A DNA stretch of 64,000 bases, from assembly GCA_965237415.1 (NCBI GenBank), contig CBDEFM010000002.1:256001-320000 (forward strand). The letters are read 5' to 3'. A program made the translations under genes and the position numbers. The notes beneath the pieces were generated by a model. That model saw nothing but the letters and a program-made list of their open reading frames with translations. It made no database searches and was not told where the DNA came from. Positions 25,783 to 35,530 of this stretch are shown piece by piece; within the stretch, counting starts at the first letter, position 1, and every line of letters starts with the position of its first letter. Source of the DNA: Alphaproteobacteria bacterium (GTDB taxonomy: Bacteria; Pseudomonadota; Alphaproteobacteria; UBA828).

Positions 25783-27774
25783 CTACATGCCGTAGTGCGG
25801 GCGGCGCTCGTTACTGCCCACGAGGGCGCGGTAGCGCGCCAACGCCCAGAGCGGGAAATAGGCACTGTAGCCGTGGTAGCGGAGATAGAAGACGCGGGGG
25901 AAGCCGACTGCGGTGTATTCGTCCTCCCGCCACATGGCACCCTGCCGCTCCGCGCGGCAGAGATAGGCGATACCGCGCCGCACTGCGTCGCTCCCGACCT
26001 CACCCACGGCCATCAGCGCGAGCAGCGCCCATGCCGTCTGCGATGGAGTGGAGATCGCCTCGAAGGAGCGCTCGATGCGCTCGGCATAGTAGCTGTCCCC
26101 CGTTTCGCCCCAGCCGCCGTCGGCACGCTGCTTGGCTTCGAGCCAGGCGACCGCCTTGCGGATGGCGGGCGACGCCGGGTCTTCGCCGGCGGCGTTCAAT
26201 GCGCAGAGCACCGACCAGGTGCCGTAAATGTAGTTGGTCCCCCAGCGGCCGAACCAGGAGCCGTTCTCTTCCTGGTCGGCGAGCAGATAGTCGATGCCCT
26301 TGGCAACGGTGTCATGCTCGCGCGCATAGCCGATCTGACAGAGGAAACTCACGCAGCGCGCGCTGACATCGGCAGTAGCCGGGTCGAGGAGAGCCCCGTG
26401 GTCGGCGAAGGGGATGCGGTTGAGATGATAGTGCTCGTTCCCGGCGTCGAAGGAGCCCCAGCCGCCGTTCTCGTTCTGCATGGCGACGATCCACGCGGCC
26501 GACCGCTCGATCGCCTCGCGGTGCGCCTCGGGATCGGCCCGGTGGAGCGCCATGCCCACGACCGCCGTGTCGTCCACGTCCGGGTAGTAATCATTGCGGT
26601 ACTGAAAGGCCCAGCCTCCCGGCGGCGCATCGGGCCGAGTCTCTGCCCAATCGCCTTCGACATCGAGGATCTGAAGGTCGGTGAGCCAGGGGAGGGAGTC
26701 GAGGGCCGCGCGCTGCTCGGCCTCGCCGCCGCATTCCATCAGGCTCTGCGCTGCGAGCCCCGTGTCCCAAATCGGCGAGACGCAGGGCTGAACGTACTGG
26801 CTATCGCCGACCGGCTCGGTCACCAGCAATTCGATCGCGCGGCGGGCGGTGCGGCGCGCCGGGTGGTCCGGTGGGTAGCCCAGTGTGTCGAAGGCCATCA
26901 GGACGTTGGCCATCGGCGGAAAGATCCCGCCGAGGCCGTCCTCGCCGTTGAGCCTCGTCATGCACCAGTCGAGCGCTTTGTCGATGGCGCGCCGTCGCAA
27001 CGCTCGCGGCGTCGACCACTCGCCGAGCGCGATCGCGCGGTCGAGGGTCAGGAAGAACCATTCGGTGGCGGTCCGCCTCGGGAAATAGTGCCATTCCCGT
27101 TCCGGCGGAGTGGCGAACAGCTCCGCGATCCCGATGCCCCGCGGGTTTCTCGCCCTGGGCTTGAGTGCGAGCAGGATCGTGAGCGGCACGATGGTGGTGC
27201 GCGACCAGTAGGAGACCTTGCTCAGGTGGAAGGGAAACCACCGCGGCAGGAGCATGATCTCCACCGGCATCGCCGGCACAGCCCGCCAGGGCACCTGGCC
27301 GAAGAGGGCGAGGGTGATCCGCGTGAACACGTTGCACCGCGCCGCGCCGCCGGCGGCGAGCACGGCCTTGCGCGCCCGCACCATGTGCGGCGCTTCCGGG
27401 TCGTCGCCGATCAGCTTGAGCGCGAAGTAGGCCTTGACGGTGCAGCTTATGTCGAGCGCGCCGCCATGAAAGAGCGGCCAGCCGCCGTGATCGCCTTGCC
27501 GGGCGCGTATGTAGGTGCCGAGCCGCGCCTCGGTCTCGGGATCGATCTCATCCAGGAAGTGGTTGAGGAGGATGTATTCGGCGGGAATGCTCGCGTCCGC
27601 TTCGAGCTCGAACACCCAATGGCCGTCGTCGCGCTGGAGGCCGCGCAGGCCGGCAGACGCCTCGTCGATGACCTGCTCGATGCCGGGGGCGGGAATAGTG
27701 CCGTCTGGGCTGTCCGACGGCGGGCGGACGATGGTCTCACTTCGCCGGTCTGGCCCGGCGCGTGCAACCTCCAT
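25783..27774 (-). CDS. shc: Squalene-hopene cyclase
   Basis: DGHWVFELEAD, YYPDVDDTA (DXDD), QW repeats, GRWGTNYIYGTW, GFPRVFYLRYHGY. Confidence 0.96.
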   Translation of the reverse strand: MEVARAGPDRRSETIVRPPSDSPDGTIPAPGIEQVIDEASAGLRGLQRDDGHWVFELEADASIPAEYILLNHFLDEIDPETEARLGTYIRARQGDHGGWPLFHGGALDISCTVKAYFALKLIGDDPEAPHMVRARKAVLAAGGAARCNVFTRITLALFGQVPWRAVPAMPVEIMLLPRWFPFHLSKVSYWSRTTIVPLTILLALKPRARNPRGIGIAELFATPPEREWHYFPRRTATEWFFLTLDRAIALGEWSTPRALRRRAIDKALDWCMTRLNGEDGLGGIFPPMANVLMAFDTLGYPPDHPARRTARRAIELLVTEPVGDSQYVQPCVSPIWDTGLAAQSLMECGGEAEQRAALDSLPWLTDLQILDVEGDWAETRPDAPPGGWAFQYRNDYYPDVDDTAVVGMALHRADPEAHREAIERSAAWIVAMQNENGGWGSFDAGNEHYHLNRIPFADHGALLDPATADVSARCVSFLCQIGYAREHDTVAKGIDYLLADQEENGSWFGRWGTNYIYGTWSVLCALNAAGEDPASPAIRKAVAWLEAKQRADGGWGETGDSYYAERIERSFEAISTPSQTAWALLALMAVGEVGSDAVRRGIAYLCRAERQGAMWREDEYTAVGFPRVFYLRYHGYSAYFPLWALARYRALVGSNERRPHYGM

Positions 27775-27781
27775 GGGCCCG

Positions 27782-29695
27782 TCAGGCGCGCCGCGGCATG
27801 GTGGCCGAGTTGCTGCCGAGGGCAGAGAGCGCCATGTCGACAATGTGGCCGGCGGTCAGCCCCGCGTCCTCGTACATGCCGGCCGGCGTGCCGTGCGCAA
27901 CGAAGCGGTCCGGCAGCAGCATCGGCCTGATCTTGAGGCCGGCGTCCATGAAGCCGGCCATGGCCAGGAACTGCATGACATGCGCGCCGAAGCCGCCGAT
28001 CGATCCTTCCTCGATCGTGATCAGCACCTCATGCTCCCGCGCCAACAGGCGGATCAGGTCCTCGTCCAGCGGCTTGGCGAAGCGGGCGTCGGCAACCGTG
28101 GTGGAGAGACCCCGCGCCTGCAGCTCGTCCGCCGCACCGAGCGCCTCCTGCAACCGACCGCCGAGGGAGAGGATCGCGATCGTCGTTCCCTCGCGGATGA
28201 TCCGCCCCTTGCCGATCTCCAGCATTTTCGGATGCTCCGGCAGCGGCACGCCGGCGCCTTCGCCGCGCGGGTAGCGGAAGGCGCTGGGGCGGTCGTCGAT
28301 CTTCGCCGCCGTGTGCACCATGTGGACGAGCTCCGCCTCGTCCGCCGCAGCCATGACGACGAAGCCCGGCAGCGTCGCGAGATAGGTGATGTCGAAGCTG
28401 CCCGCGTGCGTCGGCCCGTCGGCGCCCACCAAGCCGGCGCGGTCGATCGCGAAGCGAACCGGCAGCCTCTGGATCGCCACGTCGTGCACCACCTGGTCGT
28501 AGGCACGCTGGAGAAAGGTGGAATAGATCGCCGCGAACGGCTTCAACCCCTCCGTAGCCAGCCCCGCCGCGAAGGTGACGCAGTGCTGCTCCGCGATGCC
28601 CACATCGAAGCAGCGTGTGGGGTGCGCCTTGGCGAACTTATCGAGCCCGGTGCCGGACGGCATGGCGGCGGTCAGCGCCACGATCTTCTCGTCGCGGTCG
28701 GCCTCCTTGATCAGGCTCTGGGCGAACACGTTGGTATAGCTCGGCGCCTTGGGCTTGCTCTTCTTCTGCTCGCCCGTCACCACGTCGAACTTGCCGAGCG
28801 CATGGCCGCGGTCCGGCGCGTTCTCGGCGGGCTCATAGCCCTTGCCCTTGCTGGTGACGACGTGCAGCAGCACCGGCCCCGGCGTCTCGTCCCTGCGCAC
28901 GTTGCGGAGCACCGGGATCAGGTGCTCGAGATTGTGGCCGTCGATCGGCCCGATGTAGAAGAAGCCCAGCTCCTCGAAGAGGGTGCCGCCGGTGACCATG
29001 CCGCGGGAATACTCCTCGGCCCGCATCGCGGCATCGCCCATTGCCTTGGGCAGCCTGCGCGCCCACTGCTTGCCGAGCTCGCGCAGGCTGCGGAACTGGT
29101 GGCTGGACAGCAGCCGCGAGAGATAGGCGTTGAGCGCGCCCACCGCCGGCGCGATCGACATCTCGTTGTCATTGAGGATGACGATGAGGCGCGGCGGCAT
29201 GGAGCCCGCATTGTTCATCGCCTCATAGGCCATGCCGCCCGACATGGCGCCGTCGCCGATGACGCAGACGACGTTGCGCGCTTCGCCCTTGAGGCTGCTC
29301 GCCACCGCCATGCCGAGCCCGGCCGAGATCGACGTGGACGAATGCGCCGCGCCGAAGGGGTCGTATTCGCTCTCGGTCCGTTTGGTGAAGCCGTAGAGCC
29401 CGCCAGGCTGGCGGATGGTGCGAATCCGGTCGCGCCGGCCGGTAATGATCTTGTGCGGGTAGGACTGGTGCCCGACGTCCCAGATCAAGCGGTCGCGGGG
29501 CGTGTCGAACACGTGGTGGAGGGCAATCGTCAGCTCGACCACGCCAAGCCCGGCACCCAGATGGCCGCCGGTCTCCGAGACCGCGTCAACGGTCTCGGCC
29601 CGCAGCTCCTCGGCAACCTTCTTCAGGTCCTTGATCGAGAGGTTGCGCAAGTCTTCGGGGCTCTTCACGCGATCCAGATGCGGCGTCTCCGGCAT
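27782..29695 (-). CDS. dxs: 1-deoxy-D-xylulose-5-phosphate synthase
   Basis: [50 protein letters not shown]. Confidence 0.97.
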   Translation of the reverse strand: MPETPHLDRVKSPEDLRNLSIKDLKKVAEELRAETVDAVSETGGHLGAGLGVVELTIALHHVFDTPRDRLIWDVGHQSYPHKIITGRRDRIRTIRQPGGLYGFTKRTESEYDPFGAAHSSTSISAGLGMAVASSLKGEARNVVCVIGDGAMSGGMAYEAMNNAGSMPPRLIVILNDNEMSIAPAVGALNAYLSRLLSSHQFRSLRELGKQWARRLPKAMGDAAMRAEEYSRGMVTGGTLFEELGFFYIGPIDGHNLEHLIPVLRNVRRDETPGPVLLHVVTSKGKGYEPAENAPDRGHALGKFDVVTGEQKKSKPKAPSYTNVFAQSLIKEADRDEKIVALTAAMPSGTGLDKFAKAHPTRCFDVGIAEQHCVTFAAGLATEGLKPFAAIYSTFLQRAYDQVVHDVAIQRLPVRFAIDRAGLVGADGPTHAGSFDITYLATLPGFVVMAAADEAELVHMVHTAAKIDDRPSAFRYPRGEGAGVPLPEHPKMLEIGKGRIIREGTTIAILSLGGRLQEALGAADELQARGLSTTVADARFAKPLDEDLIRLLAREHEVLITIEEGSIGGFGAHVMQFLAMAGFMDAGLKIRPMLLPDRFVAHGTPAGMYEDAGLTAGHIVDMALSALGSNSATMPRRA

Positions 29696-29940
29696 GGCTC
29701 CCTCTCCGTGGCGGCTCACCGTTCGGCCCGTCGCGCGGCCTGATTCTCACGAGACCAGCATGACCAAACTACTACAAAGGGCAACCTCGTCAAACGACCT
29801 GTCATGCACCGCCGTCATAAGCGCGTGAGCGCGAATCGGGCCAGCCTCGTGTGCCATAATTGCACCATGCACCGCCTTGGGGAAGTCGGTTTGCCAATGT
29901 ATTCTGAGGCCCCGTCCAAGGCCTTGAGCGGGCCTAGAAA

Positions 29941-31119
29941 ATGCGAAATCTCGACGACGATCCCCCGATTATCACGCTCAGCGCAGGGCCGGTCGATGCG
30001 TACCCCGTGGTCCTGCGCGCACTCTCGCGGCCCGTCACCTACGACTTCGATCCGTCCTTCCAGCAGTTCTACGAATCGACCGTCCTCAAGACCGCCGAGT
30101 CGCTGCGCACCGCGCTGCCGCCGGTGATCCTGCAGGGCGAGCCGGTGCTGGGCCTCGAAGCCGCGGCTGCCGCCCTGATCGGCGCCGACGACGTGGTCCT
30201 GAACCTTGCGTCGGGCGAATACGGCAAGGGCTTCGGCTTCTGGGCGGCGCGCCATTGCCGGGAGCTGGTCGAGATCGAGGTGCCCTACGACGACGCCATC
30301 GATCCCGAGGCGGTCAGCGACATGCTGAAGACCCGGCCGGAAATCCGCGTTCTCTCCGTCTGCCACCACGATACGCCGTCGGGAACCGTCAACCCGGTGC
30401 ACGAGATCGGCGCCATTTGCCGCGCGCATGACGTGTTGACCATCGTGGACGCCGTCTCCTCCTTCGGCGGCATGGACGTTCATCCGGAGGATGTGAACGC
30501 TGACATATTCGTGACCAGCCCCAGCAAGTGCCTGGGCGGGAGCACGGGTCTTTGCATCGTCCACGTCAGCGAGCGCGCCTGGGCGAAAATCGACGCCAAC
30601 CCCGCCGCGCCCTCAGGCTCCGTGCTCAGCCTCAAGGACTGGCGGGACGCGTGGCGCTCGGATGTCCTCTTCCCCTTCACGCCGTCGGTATCCGAGGTCC
30701 ATGCGCTGGACGCTGCCGTGCAGAACTACCTCGACGAGGGGTCGGAGGCGGTGTGGGCGCGTCACGCGCTGACAGCACGCGCCTGCCGCGCCGGAGTCCG
30801 AGCCATGGGGCTCGACCTCTGGCCCGTGCGCGAATCCATCTGCGCCGATACGGCGACCACGGTGCGGGTGCCGGCGGGCCTGGAGGATGAGGCGATCCGG
30901 CAGGAGGCGCGCCGGCGCTACGGCGTGGTCTTCTCGGCGGGCCGGGGCTCGCTGCTCGGCAAGCTCGTGCGAATCGGCCACATGGGGCCGGTGGCGCGGC
31001 CGATCTATGCGGTTGTTGCTGTCACCGCGCTCGGCGGCGCCATTGCGGCGCTGGGCGGGCGGGCCGACGTGGGGGCGGGCGTCGAGGCGGCGCTCGCGGC
31101 GATCGACGGCGCCGGGTAG
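29941..31119 (+). CDS. ppaT: Pyridoxamine-pyruvate aminotransferase-like (class V aminotransferase)
   Basis: ITLSAGPV, GEPVLGLEAAAA, CHHDTPSGT, VDAVSSFGG, FPFTPSVSE match the recalled Mesorhizobium loti PPAT along its length. Confidence 0.82.
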   Translation: MRNLDDDPPIITLSAGPVDAYPVVLRALSRPVTYDFDPSFQQFYESTVLKTAESLRTALPPVILQGEPVLGLEAAAAALIGADDVVLNLASGEYGKGFGFWAARHCRELVEIEVPYDDAIDPEAVSDMLKTRPEIRVLSVCHHDTPSGTVNPVHEIGAICRAHDVLTIVDAVSSFGGMDVHPEDVNADIFVTSPSKCLGGSTGLCIVHVSERAWAKIDANPAAPSGSVLSLKDWRDAWRSDVLFPFTPSVSEVHALDAAVQNYLDEGSEAVWARHALTARACRAGVRAMGLDLWPVRESICADTATTVRVPAGLEDEAIRQEARRRYGVVFSAGRGSLLGKLVRIGHMGPVARPIYAVVAVTALGGAIAALGGRADVGAGVEAALAAIDGAG

Positions 31120-31134
31120 GGGATCGACGCCGGG

Positions 31135-32124
31135 TCAGAGCCCCGGAAGGACCTCACGCCCGAATACGTCAAGCTGCTCCGGCAGCTCTTCCGAGGGAAC
31201 GACGCAGAGGACGACACGGGTCGCGCCTGCGTCGAAGAGTGCCTCGATGCCGGCGCGGCAGTCCTCGGGCCGGCCGGCGACCGCGAGCCAGTCCAGCCAG
31301 TCGTCCGGCATGTCGGCTTCGATCGCCGCGGCGCCGCCGGCCTCCATCATCGCAACGAGGGCCTCGTTGGCGTCATAGACGCCGGTGATCAGCGTCGGTC
31401 CCATGGCCTCCAGATAGAACGCGATCACAGGGCGAACCTTGGCGCGGGCGGCGGCCGGGTCCTCGCTCACGCCGGCGAGGGCGTAGACCACCATCGCGAA
31501 TTCCTCGGGCAGCCCCTGCGCGCGCCGGACCCGCGCAATTCGTTCTCTGATCGTCGCAACGTAGTGCGGCCCTGCGAGCACCGAGAGGACCATGCCGTCC
31601 GCAATCTCGGCGCAAAGATCGACCGACTTCGGTCCGACTGCCGCCCCCAGCACCTTGAGGTCGGGCGCGGGGTGCGTCAGTGCGACCCGATCGTAGCCAT
31701 AGTAGGCGCCGGCCTGGGTCAGGCTCTCGCCCGCGAGCAGCCGCTTCACGTCCGTGATCGCTTCGCGCAGGGAGCTCATGACCGATTGGGGGGTGAGGTG
31801 CATTTGCGCGACCCAGGCGGGAACGCCGTGGCCGATGCCGAGCGTGAAACGGCCGGGATAGGCGTTGGCCAGCGTCGACGCCTCCATGGCGGTGACGGCC
31901 GGATGGCGCACCCGGTTGGAGACCGCGCCGATCCCCACATCGATCGCCTCGGTGGCCTGCAGCGCGATGCCGGCGCTCGCGAAGCCAGAGAGCATGAAAT
32001 AGTCCTCGGCGAACCAGAGATCGGAGAAGCCGCAACGCTCGACCTGCCGGCTCAGCCCGACGACATTGCCCGGCGCTACGTCGCCGAGGATGAAGACGCC
32101 TACAGGGCGGGAGGCGGTGGGCAT
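31135..32124 (-). CDS. LLM-class (luciferase-like) flavin/F420-dependent oxidoreductase
   Basis: GFSDLWFAED, RHPAVTAME, GRFTLGIG, AAVGPK, ADG. Confidence 0.85.
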   Translation of the reverse strand: MPTASRPVGVFILGDVAPGNVVGLSRQVERCGFSDLWFAEDYFMLSGFASAGIALQATEAIDVGIGAVSNRVRHPAVTAMEASTLANAYPGRFTLGIGHGVPAWVAQMHLTPQSVMSSLREAITDVKRLLAGESLTQAGAYYGYDRVALTHPAPDLKVLGAAVGPKSVDLCAEIADGMVLSVLAGPHYVATIRERIARVRRAQGLPEEFAMVVYALAGVSEDPAAARAKVRPVIAFYLEAMGPTLITGVYDANEALVAMMEAGGAAAIEADMPDDWLDWLAVAGRPEDCRAGIEALFDAGATRVVLCVVPSEELPEQLDVFGREVLPGL

Positions 32125-32136
32125 CGGCGTCGTTCC

Positions 32137-33459
32137 TTACCAGTTCATGTAGGCCTGGACGGCCTCGTCGGGGACCAGACCCGCCGCGACGTCGCCGAGG
32201 GCCTTGTCGATAATTGCGAGGCCTTCCTCGCATTCCGCATCGCTCAGGACGAGCGGCGGCGTGATCTCCAGAACGTTCGCCGCGAGCCCCACATAGATGA
32301 AGCTCGCGCCGAGCTCGTAGGCGCGCACGATCACCTTGGCCGTCGTGGTCGCCGGGACCGGCGCGCGGCTCTTGCGGTCCGTCACCAGATCGACCCCGAT
32401 CGCGAGGCCGCGGCCGCGCACGTCGCCGATCATCTCGTGCCGCTCGGCGAGCTGCCTGAGGCCCTCCATCAGCGCCCCGCCCAGCTGCGCGGCTCGGCTC
32501 GGGAGATCCGCGTCGAGCACGGTGCGGAGCACGGCGAGCCCGGCGGCGGTGCAGACCGGATTGCCGCCCGTGGTCTGGATCGCGAAGGCGGGGCGATGGT
32601 CCATGATCGCCGCCGGCCCGATCAGCGCAGACAGCGGTAGCCCGCCGCCGAGCCCCTTCCCGAGAACGACCATGTCGGGCTCCAGCCCTTCGTGGCTGAA
32701 GGCATGGAGCGCGCCGCTGCGCCCGAGGCCCACCTTGACCTCGTCGAGGACGGTGAGGATGCCGTGCCTCCGGCAGCGTTCCTCCAGCGCCTTGAGGAAG
32801 CCTGCGGGCGGCACGATCAAGCCGCCGTCCGACATGATCGGCTCGATGAAGACCGCCGCTACCTGCTCCGGCGGGCAGGTCGTCTCGAACTGGTAGTCGA
32901 GCATGTCGAGCACGGCCTCGGGCGAAAACCGCGGCCGGTAGGGGTCGGGATAGGGCAGCAGCAACAGGCCGGGTCGGGGCAACGTGTGGGTCATCGCCGT
33001 GTGGCCCGAGATGCTAATCGAGCCCGCCACGCCGCCGTGGTAGGAGCCGATGAAGGAGATGAAGCGGGGGCGGCCGGTCGCGGCCTCCAGCACGCGGGCG
33101 GCAGCATCGTTGGCGTCGGAGCCCGAGTGGCCGTACCAGACGCGTCGCTCGGCGTCTCCCGGCATCGTCTCCAGCAGCGCCTCGGCGAGGGCCGCCGCCG
33201 GCTCGTTCGGATACATGAGCAGGCTCGCGCCCGCCATGTCGGCCATCGCCTTGGTCACGGCCTCGGTCACGGCGGGATGGCCATAGCCGAGGCTTGCCGC
33301 CGTCGCCGAGGCGGAGAGGTCGAGGATGGCGCGGCCGTCGTCGGCCGTGAGGTACGATCCGCGCCCACCGCGTGCGGCGAGCGGGTTGAAGCGCAGCTTC
33401 TGGATGCCAGCGATCGCGGCGTCGTCACGCTCGCCAAGCGTCGCGTTCGAGGTCGCCAT
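32137..33459 (-). CDS. Alpha-amino-epsilon-caprolactam racemase-like PLP enzyme (class III fold)
   Basis: QKLRF.PL, WYGHSGSDAN, EPIMSDGG, DEVKVG, LGKGLGGGLP and terminal Trp, as in the recalled Achromobacter obae ACL racemase. Confidence 0.78.
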   Translation of the reverse strand: MATSNATLGERDDAAIAGIQKLRFNPLAARGGRGSYLTADDGRAILDLSASATAASLGYGHPAVTEAVTKAMADMAGASLLMYPNEPAAALAEALLETMPGDAERRVWYGHSGSDANDAAARVLEAATGRPRFISFIGSYHGGVAGSISISGHTAMTHTLPRPGLLLLPYPDPYRPRFSPEAVLDMLDYQFETTCPPEQVAAVFIEPIMSDGGLIVPPAGFLKALEERCRRHGILTVLDEVKVGLGRSGALHAFSHEGLEPDMVVLGKGLGGGLPLSALIGPAAIMDHRPAFAIQTTGGNPVCTAAGLAVLRTVLDADLPSRAAQLGGALMEGLRQLAERHEMIGDVRGRGLAIGVDLVTDRKSRAPVPATTTAKVIVRAYELGASFIYVGLAANVLEITPPLVLSDAECEEGLAIIDKALGDVAAGLVPDEAVQAYMNW

Positions 33460-33526
33460 GCCGTTGCCTCCGTCGTTGCCGCCGCCGCCATGCGCCTCAT
33501 GGCGATCGCCGACGGTGGACAGCCGA

Positions 33527-34252
33527 TCACGTCATATGAGGCGCTAGTGCCTCCCGCAGCACCGGCGCGACCGCATCGATCCCGGGCGTGTCGGAATGAA
33601 TGCACACCGTCTCGACACGGATCGGGATATCGATGCCGTCCACCGATGTCACCGTGCCCTCCTCGATCGCGCGGAGCGTGCGCTTGGCGGCAGCCGCCGG
33701 GTCGTAGGGCTCGTGCTCACGCGTGATGATGAGGTTGCAGTCCCGGTCGTATTCCAGATCGGCATAGAACTCGGGCCACCAGGGCAGGCCGCACCGCGAG
33801 TAGACGGTGTCGTGCATGGTGCCGGCCTGGCCGATCAGCGGCACGCCGAAGACCTCCGCGGCATCGGCCGCCGCCTCGGCGCAGTGTTCGTACTTCGAGG
33901 TCATGCCGAAGAGCGCGCCGTGGGGCTTGATGTGGTTGAGGGGCGCGCCGGCCGCTTCCAGGAAGCCCTTGAGCGCGCCGACCTGGTAGATCAGGAGATC
34001 GCGCAGTTCCTCGCGCTCCATCTGCATCTCGCGGCGGCCGAAGCCCTGGCGGTCGGGGAGCGACGGGTGCGCGCCGACCTTCACGCCGTGCGCCAGCGCG
34101 AGGCGGACGGTCGCGTGCATGACCGACGGGTCCGACGCATGAAAGCCGCAGGCGACATTGGCGATGCTGATGAAGGGCATGATCCGCTCATCGTTGCCGA
34201 AGGTGTAGAGGCCGTACCCTTCGCCGATGTCGCAGTTGATGGTGATCGCCAT
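33527..34252 (-). CDS. pxpA: 5-oxoprolinase subunit A (LamB/YcsF)
   Basis: NCDIGEG, ANVACGFHA, GAHPS, HIKPHGAL, CIHSDTP. Confidence 0.9.
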   Translation of the reverse strand: MAITINCDIGEGYGLYTFGNDERIMPFISIANVACGFHASDPSVMHATVRLALAHGVKVGAHPSLPDRQGFGRREMQMEREELRDLLIYQVGALKGFLEAAGAPLNHIKPHGALFGMTSKYEHCAEAAADAAEVFGVPLIGQAGTMHDTVYSRCGLPWWPEFYADLEYDRDCNLIITREHEPYDPAAAAKRTLRAIEEGTVTSVDGIDIPIRVETVCIHSDTPGIDAVAPVLREALAPHMT

Positions 34253-34317
34253 GGCTCGCTCCCCGCTCCCCGGTGGCGTGAAACACTGCACGGGCGGCAC
34301 CGGCCAGTCAAAGCGGT

Positions 34318-34497
34318 TCAGACGTCCCGCGTGGTGATTGGGTTGACGATGTTGAGGCGGGTGATGAAGCGCTGGAAGACGAGGGCCAGAACCAGCGGCG
34401 GCACGATCGAGAGCGTGCTGGCCGCGGCAAAGAGAACCATGGGCGTGGCCCCTATGGAGCCGAGCGGCGAGATCGCGAGCAGAGCCGGCGAGAGGGG
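34318..34497 (-). pseudogene. C-terminal remnant of a carbohydrate ABC permease (MalG-like)
   Basis: Reads PLSPALLAI...MVLFAAASTLSIVPPLVLALVFQRFITRL...stop; N-terminal part missing; not in the ORF track. Confidence 0.65.
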
Positions 34498-35433
34498 GAA
34501 GTTCGCCTCAAGATCGAGGCGTTCGGCCTCAACCGAGGGGAGATCATGTTCCGGGCTGGCGCATATGTTGCGTCACCCAAGTTCCCGTCTCGCATCGGAC
34601 TTGAGGCGAGCGGCGTGATCGATGCAGTCGGGCCAGGCGTGACGGACTTCGCGATTGGCGACCGCGCCACCACCGTGCCCTACCTCTCCTGGGACAAATG
34701 GGGCAACTGGACGCCCGAGTCGGCTATCAAGTACGGCGTCTATGGCGAGAGCGCGGTGGTGCCGGCATTTTGCGTCGCCCGCAGCCCGGAGGGGATTTCA
34801 GCCGTAGAGCGCGGGGCGATCTGGAGCCAGTACGCGACCGCCTGGGGCGGGCTCGTGGATTGCGCCGGCGTATCGTCCGACGACATCGTGCTGGTCACGG
34901 CGGCGAGCAACAGCGCCGCGCTCGGCGGGTTGCAGATCGCGAAGAACGCCGGCGCCATGGTCATCGCTGCGACACGCAGGTCGGACAAGGCGGAATTCTT
35001 GCGGGGCGCCGGCGCCGATCACGTCATTGTCATCGAGGAGGAGGACCTCGAGTCCCGTGTGAAGGAGATCACCGGCGGCCAGGGTTTCACCATCGCCTAC
35101 GATCCCGTGGGCGGCGCCTTCATCGGCGACCTCGTCGCGGCGGCGCAGCCCTGCGGCCTCATCGTCAGCTACGGCAACCTCCGCACCGAGCCCATCGACA
35201 TCCCCATCCTGCCGATGCTGGCGAAGCGACTCGCCATCAAGTTCCACAGCGTGTTCGACACGGTTCGGCTGCCCGAAAAGCGCGCCGCCTGCTTTGCCTT
35301 CGTGCACGATCAGGTGGCCGCCGTAGAGCTGAAGGTGATCGTCGACCGGACCTTCCCCCTCGAGCAGGTCGTGGACGCGCACCGCTACATGGAATCCAAC
35401 GTGCAGCGGGGGAAGATCGTCGTCACGACCTGA
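34498..35433 (+). pseudogene. MDR/quinone oxidoreductase (Qor-like), 5'-truncated
   Basis: In-frame EVRLKIEAFGLNRGEI precedes the ATG at 34546, but the first ~25-30 residues are missing; YDPVGG, AHRYMESN..GKIVV. Confidence 0.7.
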
Positions 35434-35530
35434 CGCGCGCCGGACGTCACGCCTTCCAGGCTGGACGCCGTTGGTACGCCCGTAGCGGCGGGATAGACTG
35501 CCGCCAGCGGATGGGGCGGGGAGGCGACAC

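Noticed and set aside
29826-29872. Possible sigma54/NtrC-like motifs between dxs and ppaT (GTGC-N7-GCAC, TGGCAC)
   Set aside because: Spacing and orientation do not fit TGGCAC-N5-TTGC or GCAC-N7-GTGC
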